Shown here: positions 1 to 8,598 of the stretch, in pieces | Position numbering within the stretch: position 1 is the first letter of the stretch | Layout: each line of letters starts with the position of its first letter | Source: Thecamonas trahens ATCC 50062 | Lineage: Eukaryota; Protista; Apusomonadida | Direction: 5' to 3' | DNA: 64,000 bases | NCBI RefSeq assembly: GCF_000142905.1 | Contig: NW_013657667.1 | Coordinates: 254,801 to 318,800 of the forward strand | Position numbers and translations under genes: made by a program | The notes under the pieces: generated by a model | What the model was told of the DNA's origin: nothing | Seen by the model: the letters and a program-made list of their open reading frames with translations, nothing else | Databases searched by the model: none

Positions 1-1847
1 AGTACGCAGCGCCTGGATGTGCGTTGCTTCGGCCAGTGCTTCCTGCAGGTGGGTACGGCTACTGGGACGAGGAGGCCAACCAAGGTCAACGTGACTGGCC
101 TCTATCTTGGTGGAGTCGTCTTCGGGATTGGATATGACGCTCAGTCGGCCGTCTTGTCGTGGGAGGCTGGCAGGTCGGGCGGGCCAGGGGAGGCGCTGGA
201 GGTGTACATAGCCGGCGAGCGCGGTGGCATGCTCTCAGCATCATCGCCCATACTCTCGTTCACGATGAACGGCGAGCACATTGCGCCGGTGGTGTCTGGG
301 GGACTAGGCTCGAACGCGTGCGCTGGCGGTTGAGCGTGAAGCAGGGAGAGATGAAGCGAGGCCGCTGTACAGAGGGCGTTAGAGTACTGTGCGTCGTTGT
401 GCCAAACCAGAGTGGAATCGCCGTCCGTAATGGCAACGGCGCACGACGAGGCGACAGTGAGTGCTACCAAATCGCTGGCGAGCACGTCGAGGGTGGCGAG
501 CGGGACAAGATCGGGGAAGGACCAAAGGCGGGTAGCGCCAGAGACGTCGACCGAGAGGGCACGAGATGGCGCCAGCAAGTGAACGGCAGCAATGACATCC
601 GCGTGAGCGTTTGTCACCGACGAAGCGACGGCGCTCGTCTCGAGGACAACGACAAAGAGCGAGGAGGAGCGAGCGACTAGCGCGTAGTGCCCAACGTCAT
701 CGGCGGTGACAGCCGAGACAGCACCTGGGCGGGTCTTGTGACGGAGCGTGATACGTGAACGCGGCGGGGGCGGAGGCAATTCGTGGCGCGGCGGTGTGTG
801 CGACGGCTGATGATCGGTCTGGGAGAGGAGCTGAAAGGTGGAGAGATCCCAGACGAGAAGGCCTGCGTCGGCGTCGCCGGAGAGGAGGCGAGGAGGGCCG
901 GGGACGATGAATAGGGCGGTGATCGGAGCCGGATGCGCCGTCAGCGACGTCACCGGGCGAAGCGTTTCCAGCGAGTAGAGCCAGATGACATCCGAGTCCT
1001 CGGCGGCAGTGGCAAGGAGTGAGGAGCCAGTGACGAGGATCATGGCTGTGAGCGGGGCATCGGCGTCACGGCGCTGGATGTATGCGTCCACCATGGCGAG
1101 CGGCTCGTCGCTAGGTTGGGAAAGATAGGCATCGGCAGGGAGCGCATCAAGATGAACAAGGCCGAGGTGACCATCCGAGGTAGCGAGAACGAGACGGGCG
1201 GTGTGAGGGCATGAGGTGACGGAAGCAACACCCGCGCGCACCAGCAGTGATGCGTAGCGGGTCCACGGCGGTAGTGACATAAAGGGGGTGCATGCCGTAT
1301 GCGCAGCAGGCATAGTGGGAGACCAGAGGCTGAGCTGAGCGTCCGAGGCGCCGGTGACAAGGGTGGGGACCACGCCTGGCGAGTGGGCGAGGGCAAGGAC
1401 GGCGACGGCGGCGGCGTGGGCGGCAGGATGGCAGGCGATAACCGCGCCCGATTCGGGGCTCCACAGTGCAACAGCTCCGGATCGGTGTCCTGTGGCGATG
1501 AGCGTCGGGTTGGGGACAGCGACAAGGGCGGTGACGGCGCCCAAGTCGAGTGGAGGCGGCGCGGTGAGGAGAGCCAGGCGCGACGGGAGCTGCGGCAGGG
1601 TAGCGGGCACGACAACCGGTTGCGGAGGCGGGGGCGGCGAAGGTGCAGAACGGCCCAGCGTCCATGCACGGGCGCGAGCACGCCACGAAGATGGGTTATG
1701 CGGCTGTACTGGTGGGTGTGTTGGCGGAGAGGACGCCCGCGGTGGCGGCGGCGAGGCTGCGCGTGACGGCGACGGGGCGGCAGGGGTGGCGGGCGGCGAT
1801 GATGGAGGGGACGGCTCGAAGAGCGAGCGCAGCCATGCGGCAGCCAT
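1..1847 (-). CDS. WD40-repeat protein with Pro-rich N-terminus; probably continues off the left edge after an apparent -1 frameshift near 235
   Basis: ORF 141..1853, first ATG at 1847. WD-like repeats: LVTGASDAQLSLWS, LTAHPAPITAL...LLSGDADAGLLVWDL, AHADVIAAV...LWS. The -1 frame is open from ~234 to base 1 (EHATALAGYVHLQRL...LQEALAEATHIQALRT). Confidence 0.75.
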
Positions 1848-1948
1848 GCCCACGGGTTGGGAGGGTGGTGGGGAGGGGCGGGAGAAAAGTGCTTAATTTG
1901 GGATTGGTTGTTGGTTGTTGGGGGTGGGGCTAGGGACGGGGGGGGGGG

Positions 1949-2048
1949 NNNNNNNNNNNNNNNNNNNNNNNNNNNNNNNNNNNNNNNNNNNNNNNNNNNN
2001 NNNNNNNNNNNNNNNNNNNNNNNNNNNNNNNNNNNNNNNNNNNNNNNN
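1949..2048. other. Assembly gap (100 N) flanked by G-rich tracts
   Basis: Run of N. G homopolymers lie immediately to the left and shortly to the right. Confidence 0.99.
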
Positions 2049-2109
2049 AGGTGGGTTGGGTGTGATCGCAAGGGGTGGGTGGGGGGGGGGGGGAGGGTGT
2101 TGGCACGGC

Positions 2110-3135
2110 TCATTGTGATTGCTCGGGGGAGTCGGCCATGGCGGCACGGATGGTTGGAAGATCTGAGCGGATAAAGGCGGCAAGGGCGTCAAAGTAGCCG
2201 GGTTCGAGCCAAGTTTCGTTGTGGGTGCCGTTGGCAAAGGTGACGATGCGCTTGCGTGCCGGGAGAGGAGCGAGGTCGTAGAGGCGGGCCATGTGGTCGG
2301 CCGGGACCAGCTCGTCACGGAGGCCCGAGAGGAAGAGGATAGGGAGAGTGAGCGAGGGCATGTGATCGGCCGAGCGCCAGGGATTAGAGCAGAGCGGCTT
2401 AAAGGGTGAGAAGATAGGCATGACGACGTCGATCATGTCGACGACGGAGACAAAGGTGTTCTCCAGAACGAGCGCGGCGATGTCGTCCTGGCGCTGCGCA
2501 GCGAGAGCGATGGCGACAGCGCCGCCAAGCGAGCGGCCAAAGACAATGATGCGAGAGGTATCGATGCGGTGGCCCTGGGCGAGGAGCCAGTCGAGCGGGA
2601 GGCCGGCGTCGGCTTCGAGGGCGGCCTGCGACGGACGGCCTGTGGAGCGGCCGTATCCGCGGTACTCGGCGAGGAGGACGTTAAAGCCGAGGTTGTGCAG
2701 GTGGTAGGCGTTTGGTAGGCGGTGGCCAGCGTTGCCGGCGTTGCCGTGGAAAAACAGGATGGTGTGGGCGGCGGCGGCGGCGGCATCGTCGGCCTGCGGG
2801 CAGAAGATGGCGGCGAGCGAGGCGCCGTCGGGAGTGGGCAGGACGACGTCCTCGCCGGGCATGCCCAGGGCAGCGGGTGCCATGACCTGCTCGCGGGCAC
2901 CGTCGGGAACCTGCGGAAAGTACAAGAGCGAGTCCTGGAACAGGTACAGCGAGCCGAGGGCGACGGCCGTCAGCGTCGCCAGGGTTGTCAGCGTCGACGA
3001 GACGAACGACGACATGGACGAGGTGTCGGCAAAGGCCCAGAGTGCCGCAGCGAGAACAAACCCGAGTTGGAGCGCAAGCGGCGACGAAGGAGAGGACTGT
3101 GGCGTGCCGGAGACTGGTGCGGCGTCCGTGTCCAT
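2110..3135 (-). CDS. ABHD13: Alpha/beta hydrolase, ABHD13/Bem46 family
   Basis: Motifs LYLFQDSLLYFP, FHGNAGN, EYRGYGRS, GRSLGG nucleophile elbow, LENTF, SGLRDELVP and GTHNETW, plus N-terminal hydrophobic segments. Start is ATG 3135 or 3015; the ORF-track extension to 3837 is a shadow of the upstream gene. Confidence 0.88.
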   Translation of the reverse strand: MDTDAAPVSGTPQSSPSSPLALQLGFVLAAALWAFADTSSMSSFVSSTLTTLATLTAVALGSLYLFQDSLLYFPQVPDGAREQVMAPAALGMPGEDVVLPTPDGASLAAIFCPQADDAAAAAAHTILFFHGNAGNAGHRLPNAYHLHNLGFNVLLAEYRGYGRSTGRPSQAALEADAGLPLDWLLAQGHRIDTSRIIVFGRSLGGAVAIALAAQRQDDIAALVLENTFVSVVDMIDVVMPIFSPFKPLCSNPWRSADHMPSLTLPILFLSGLRDELVPADHMARLYDLAPLPARKRIVTFANGTHNETWLEPGYFDALAAFIRSDLPTIRAAMADSPEQSQ

Positions 3136-3178
3136 ACAGCGCCGAGAGCAGTGGGAGTGTGTACGAGCGGCGGGGCGT

Positions 3179-5968
3179 TTACAGCTGGAGCTGGCGGAGC
3201 GAGGCCTGGAGGCGCTGGAGGGCACGGATTTCCGAGTGATGACCATCACCGGACTGGGGCGCCGAGGACAATCCAGCGGTGGCCGGGCCGCTCGGCGACG
3301 ATACATAGTCTGATGTGGCGAGGCCATGGCGGGCCGAGGGTGAGGCGTGGATGAGCGGGTCGACGCGGTAGGATGAGATTCCGCCGAGGCGGTAAGCGAG
3401 CGACGACGGGTCGGCGAGGATGGCGGACGGCGGCGGAGTCGAGACTGAATACTGATCGAGATACTGCGAGAAGAGCGAGCGGTTGAGGGCCGGAGAGGCT
3501 TGCGGCGATGGAGATGGCGGATGCCACGGCTCGGCGGCGGCCGGTGGCGAATTGGACGGCCGAGGCGATGGAGGGCGCGGAGATAAGGAAGGAGAGCAAG
3601 GCGGTGGTGGGGTGGGAAGCGCTGTCTTGGGCTTGACCAATATCCGAAGTTGTCCAATTGATGCACCAGATTCATCGAGGGCGTGATACCAGCCGTCGAG
3701 AGAGGCAAGGCCGTAAGCGAGCGGTGAGAGGTCGAGATCTGTGACGGCGAGGACTGTGCGGGCTTGCGGCGTCGACGGCGCGGTGGCACAGAGCATGACG
3801 GTGAGAGGAGCGCTCGCGCTGTTGCTAGCACCGACAACTACTTGACGGAGCTGGTCGTGCGAGAGCGCAAAGGTGACGCGATGGTCAAAGTGCGGGCCGG
3901 CGCACGGCGACGTCATGGCCGAGACGACAGGCTGGTCCTCGCCGCAGAGCCGGTAGGCAATGAACCACGACGAGCCGCTGGCGCGGCAGCTGTTGATGAG
4001 TGCAGATTCAAAGTGAAGACCACGGGAGATGTCGACGAGGAGACCGTTGGCTTCGGACCGCGCCCGCGTGCCGAGGCTGTCAGGCGGCGGTGCGATGTCG
4101 CGCGTCGAGTGCCATGGCTGGCTGGAGGCAGGCTCTTGCACCGCGGTTGCAACTGGCGGTGACGCCAGAGCTTGATGCTCTGACGCCGAGCAGGGCGAAG
4201 TGCGGCTCGGAGTTGAGACGAGCTCATCGAGGTGGAGCTGCTGGTGCTTGACTTGGGCCATGAGCTGGCTCAGCTGGGACTCCAGCGATGCCTGGACTGG
4301 AATCGCCACCGCAGCTTGCGGTGGCCGCGCATGCCGCGAGTCGCGAGGCATGTCGGCGGGCTTGCCAGCAGTGGCAAAGTCCGGACAGCCCGGAAAGGGA
4401 ATAGACGGAACGAGAGCAAAGCTGGGGTTGTTCACCACCGCTTCGTCGCCGTCAGCCTTGCCGCCTTGGATGGGGCTATGGTGGCTGTTGTTGTCGTCGT
4501 TGTCATCGTTGTCATCAACGTACTGGTACTCATACTCGTAATCGTCAGCCCAAGACTGCGATGCAGCATCATCCACCTGCGACGTCAAGTACTTGTTCTC
4601 AAACGAGACGTCGGGCGACGGCAAGGGCGAAGGCGAGGGCGAGGAGATGATTGAAGGCGACTGCCGCGGCTGGCGGGTTGGCTTGAACGGTGACGGTGGC
4701 TTGAGCGACGGCAAGTCCTGCTGTGAACTACGAGAGTTGGACGAGTGCGAGGAGCTGCGGTTCTGAAGCGCTTCGAGCTCGGCATCAAGCTTGTCGAGGG
4801 AGGAGGCGAGGGAGGAGGCGTCGTCAGCAGGAGGGTGGAGACGCGTCGGCGGATTTGGTGAGAGCTCGCGGAGGAGCGGGAGAAGCGAGAGCGTCTCGTC
4901 CAGAAGCGCGGAATGATCGCTCGCAGTTGGCGCGGGCGGCGGCGGCGAGCGGTCGAGGAGCGGAACGGGCTCAATGCCGGGCGAGAGCGGAAGGTGAAAG
5001 TACCGGTGGGCAACGGCGTCGACCATGGTGATACGACGGCGCGGATCAAGAGCAAAGAGAGCATCGAGGAGGGTGAGGACGTCAGACGGAGCGTCGGGGA
5101 GCAAGGCAGGCCAGCCGACGGTGGTCTTGGGAAGGGCGGACACGAGAGCATCAAAGTGCTCCGGTGCCAGATACGGCAGATCGCTGGGCGTGCCCGGTGC
5201 ACCAATGACCTTGAACACTTGATACAGATGCTGCGGCACAGAAGCGACGGTCTCAGAGTCGAACAGCGGGCCGCCCAGGAGCATCTCGGCAAGCACGACA
5301 CCAAGGGCCCACGCATCGGCAGCAAGGTTGAGGTCGTGCCCCGGGTGAGGAGTAGTCACGCCGAGGAGGCGCTCCGGGGTGCGTGCAAGCGCCGACGGCA
5401 CGCCAACATCGAGCGGTGAGAACGGAGCAATCCGCACCGGCGAGCGCTGGCCAGACGACGAGCGGAGAGCAGCAAGGTCGAGGTAAACGGTGTCGGCGGC
5501 GAGATTGCCGACAGCGTGGCCCATTTCGTGCATGCACACGAGGATGTCGACAAGGCCACGGGCGATGTGGCGGACAAGCTCGGGCGCGAGCGGCCCGCCC
5601 TGGGTGCGGACCAGGTCGCGCAGCGTGGTGCTGCCTGTCGGCGCCACAGCGTACAGTGCAGGGGCCGGCGGGTCGGCTGGCGCCACCGTTTTGTCCGGCG
5701 GTGGCGGCGAAGCCACAAACATCTCGGCCGCATGAATGAAGCCCTTGAACTGGGCAAACAGCAGGGCGTCGAGTCGCTCACGCTGCGCCTCGTCCATGCT
5801 GCGCGGGAGCGGCGTGGCGCGGACGATGTACAGACCGGAAGCGGCCGAGGGAGCCGACGGTGCGGTAGCATCTACCACGCCTGTGGCGCCAGAGAGCGAG
5901 GCGCCTGGCCGCAAGCGCGCGACCCACTGGCCCGAGCCCACCTCGCGGACCACCTCGTACCGGTCCAT
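3179..5968 (-). CDS. CMGC-like pseudokinase with a C-terminal C2 domain (C2CD3-like)
   Basis: MDRYEVVREVGSG start. C-lobe motifs RTPERLLG, DAWALGVVLAEMLLGGPLF and LDPRRRITMVDAVAHRYF are present, but HRD, DFG and VAIK are absent. C2-like block DLSPLAYGLASLDGWYHALDESGASIGQLRILVKP. Confidence 0.75.
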   Translation of the reverse strand: MDRYEVVREVGSGQWVARLRPGASLSGATGVVDATAPSAPSAASGLYIVRATPLPRSMDEAQRERLDALLFAQFKGFIHAAEMFVASPPPPDKTVAPADPPAPALYAVAPTGSTTLRDLVRTQGGPLAPELVRHIARGLVDILVCMHEMGHAVGNLAADTVYLDLAALRSSSGQRSPVRIAPFSPLDVGVPSALARTPERLLGVTTPHPGHDLNLAADAWALGVVLAEMLLGGPLFDSETVASVPQHLYQVFKVIGAPGTPSDLPYLAPEHFDALVSALPKTTVGWPALLPDAPSDVLTLLDALFALDPRRRITMVDAVAHRYFHLPLSPGIEPVPLLDRSPPPPAPTASDHSALLDETLSLLPLLRELSPNPPTRLHPPADDASSLASSLDKLDAELEALQNRSSSHSSNSRSSQQDLPSLKPPSPFKPTRQPRQSPSIISSPSPSPLPSPDVSFENKYLTSQVDDAASQSWADDYEYEYQYVDDNDDNDDNNSHHSPIQGGKADGDEAVVNNPSFALVPSIPFPGCPDFATAGKPADMPRDSRHARPPQAAVAIPVQASLESQLSQLMAQVKHQQLHLDELVSTPSRTSPCSASEHQALASPPVATAVQEPASSQPWHSTRDIAPPPDSLGTRARSEANGLLVDISRGLHFESALINSCRASGSSWFIAYRLCGEDQPVVSAMTSPCAGPHFDHRVTFALSHDQLRQVVVGASNSASAPLTVMLCATAPSTPQARTVLAVTDLDLSPLAYGLASLDGWYHALDESGASIGQLRILVKPKTALPTPPPPCSPSLSPRPPSPRPSNSPPAAAEPWHPPSPSPQASPALNRSLFSQYLDQYSVSTPPPSAILADPSSLAYRLGGISSYRVDPLIHASPSARHGLATSDYVSSPSGPATAGLSSAPQSGDGHHSEIRALQRLQASLRQLQL

Positions 5969-6603
5969 GTATGCGTGAGAGGGGAGGGGAGGGAGGGGTG
6001 GGGTGACGTGGGGGGAGGTGGTTGGTGAGCGGTGGGTGGGCGAGGGGGGCAGGCCTGAGAGAGCGGTGGGCGGGAGTTTCGGGGCGATGGGACCAAGGGC
6101 TCCGTTCGAGGATGGCGTATTCTGAGGCGTTTGATCGTTGTGTTGTGTATGGTGGGGAGTGCACCGTGTGAGTGCTGACCGTTGATTTGTGGGGCAGCGT
6201 GCGAGGGGGGCCGAGGTAGGCCAGATGCCTGGCTTGCAGAGTACTATTGTGTTGATGGAACGATTGAACTCGGGTGGATGATGGTCATTTTCCACCACGT
6301 CGAGTTGGCAAGCCATCCGTCTTCCTCGACTTTAGTCGTCGGGCAGGTACGTGTTTATGCCGTGGCCATGCGAGAGATGATGTGGCTTGTGGGATGAGCT
6401 TGCAGCCCGGCAGAGGCAGTTGTGGTCCTTGCGACCGTGAGAGTGCAAGCCGAGTCAGCTGAGACAGGCAGGGTGGAAGGAAGTAGTCTGTATGGCTGTG
6501 GTGTGTGGCAAGATGGGAGAGAAAATATCGCTCACCTCACAGCGACGTGGCGCCTTTCCATGAACGACATCAACGGGAGAGGGACCCACAGTAGATTCTT
6601 GTC

Positions 6604-7823
6604 ATGCGGTCACGGGCTATCATGGTTCTCGGCGTCATTTCTCTGTTTTGGTGCTTCGTGCTGATCTGGGCTGTTTCACGGAGGGGCTACTCGGCCGACT
6701 CGAGCTCGACGTGGCAAGGGCAACTCATTCAGGGCGAGTCCAAGAATCCTGTGCGCAAGCTGCCCAAGCCTGCCAACGAGCCCAAGAGTTGGGCGAAGTT
6801 TATTGGCCTTTCCAAAGCTGATGTCCGTGCTGTGGATGGTTCGAGGCTGAAGGAGAAGCACAGGACGAGCGCGTCAAAGCAGATGGGCAAGGGGTCCGGG
6901 AAGCCACGGGTCCTGATGTTCACGTGGGCGACCGAGGACACGTACGAGAGGTTTGAGTCCAGCTACTACTGGAAGGCGTGCTACGCAGCCAAACATGGCT
7001 ACGAGCTGATTGTGACGGACGAGATGGACAACGCATGGGATGACTTTGACAAGAAGACCGAGACAGATGGAGGATGGTACCGCGAGTCGCGCATGTACGC
7101 GTGGCACAAGGCCATCACCAAGCACATGGTTTCTGGCGAGTACGACTTGATCTGGATGACCGGCGCCGACACTCTTATGGTTCCGCGCCACTTTGATGTG
7201 CAACTGACCGACTATTACGACGGCTATCCGCTGACGATCATGGACCAGGAATTCGACATCTGGGGCTTTAACCAAAACGCGCTGCTCATGGAGGCACAAG
7301 CACCCGGCTCGTGGATAGAGGCTTTCCGAGCCATCCATTTTACCGGGAGCAAAGAGCACATCGTCCAGTCGGACAACGGCATGTACATGATCACTATCCT
7401 GGAGATGCTGGGCGCCGAGGCCAAGCTCCGCGGCGAGAAGGGCTACGCGCAAAAGTGCAACAAGCTTGCTATCCTTGACATGCCGGCGCCTGTCCTGGAC
7501 AATACCGACTTTGAAGAGTACAAGCGCCGCAACATCGCCCTTGGTGAATGCTTCTTTGCCGAGCTTGAGCGCTTGGCTGGGCCGTACAACTCCCGCCGCT
7601 CCTCATACATCAACCTTGTTCCACAGTCGGACCCACTTCCGTGGCTCAACTGCTGGGGGGCACCCGCTACAGCCATCCTGAATGGACAGAGCGGTGTTTG
7701 GCTATCCATCTCAATGGACCCGTCAAGGAAGACGACGCGTTCCGTGCTGTCCTCGGGGATGCTCCTTGTGATGTGCCCGGCTTTGACTGGGACTCGCACC
7801 CGCTCAATTTCCGCAACCGTTAA
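6604..7823 (+). CDS. Type II membrane glycosyltransferase-like protein (GT34/MNN10-like), with an apparent frameshift at 7655-7660
   Basis: N-terminal TM helix; WKACYAAKHGYE motif; DLIWMTGAD. The C-terminus in the -1 frame (NCWGGTRYSHPEWTERCLAIHLNG, stop 7823) aligns with the paralogue at 29562-31535 (NCWSALTGDPRMDLSWCMTVHFNG). Confidence 0.7.
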
Positions 7824-8170
7824 GTGCGAGTATCGTGCATGCGTACCCTACGCCAACCACGAACGCCTGACAATGCTCCCTTCGAGATTGTGTTTCAGAT
7901 GCTCTGGGGCAGGTGTGCCCGTACGGTAAACAGATAGAGATATATCGACGACGATCTCCGCTTGAGGATCGGATTCAGCCCCGACCGGGTCGGCCCGTGC
8001 CAGTGGCCGCTCAAGCGCCATGACCGGCTGTGACTGCTATCACGGCTTGACTCGAACTCCGAGGCATGGACTCGACAGGCGGCCCGGACCGTGGCTACAG
8101 CCAGAGCCAGCTTGAGCTGGAATTCTCTGGCGCCCCACGGTGGTAGTCACGGTGATTGTCCGTGGAGGGT

Positions 8171-8379
8171 GGAGAAGCTAAATGCGTAAAAATGTATACA
8201 AATCAATCATATTTTGCCGAATCTAATACTTTTATATATACCAAATTGCAATTACGCACATAATTCAAAATTTTTACATTAAATATAATATTATCAAGTA
8301 TTTGCATTTTTGGTTTTATATAACTATATAGTTTGAAAACACCTTTCAGTTTTGACCGTGTTCAGAGCTTTAGCTCTCC
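8171..8379. other. AT-rich intergenic island with palindromes and imperfect terminal inverted repeats
   Basis: 8181-8340 has 33 G+C in 160 nt (21%). Flanks are GGAGAAGCTAAA (8171-8182) and TTTAGCTCTCC (8369-8379). Confidence 0.8.
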
Positions 8380-8598
8380 CCTCGCCCGTCCATCGCCTCG
8401 TTCTTGCACGCTTCTTCTCTTTGCCTTACCAATAGCATGAGACCAGCTAGATCATTACACTTGCTACACATCCATTGCCTTATTTAGTTCGTTGCCGGTT
8501 CGGTGGACGTGTTAGGCGCGGCCGGGCCACCCTTCTGAGCCAGCGGTTGGGCACATCGACAGACAGCGCGCTCGCGCCACACCTCACTCGCCTTGGCC

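Noticed and set aside
141-143. TGA readthrough or selenocysteine in the WD40 gene
   Set aside because: The same frame hits TAG 12 codons later. The coding-like continuation is in the -1 frame.
3136-3837. Long N-terminal extension of ABHD13 overlapping the pseudokinase gene
   Set aside because: Alternate-frame read of the upstream CDS. ABHD13 homology starts after ~3015-3135.
8017-8070. Possible structured RNA (CCATG / GGCTGTGA-TCACGGCT / CTCG-CGAG / CATGG three-way fold) in the intergenic gap
   Set aside because: Short stems are expected at this GC content. No tRNA, SECIS, hammerhead or snoRNA box motifs are recognisable.
8146-8360. Budding-yeast point centromere (CDEI-CDEII-CDEIII) match
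   Set aside because: GTCACGGTG is not RTCACRTG, there is no CDEIII CCGAA core at the right edge, and AT content is below CDEII levels. Kept only as a generic AT island.
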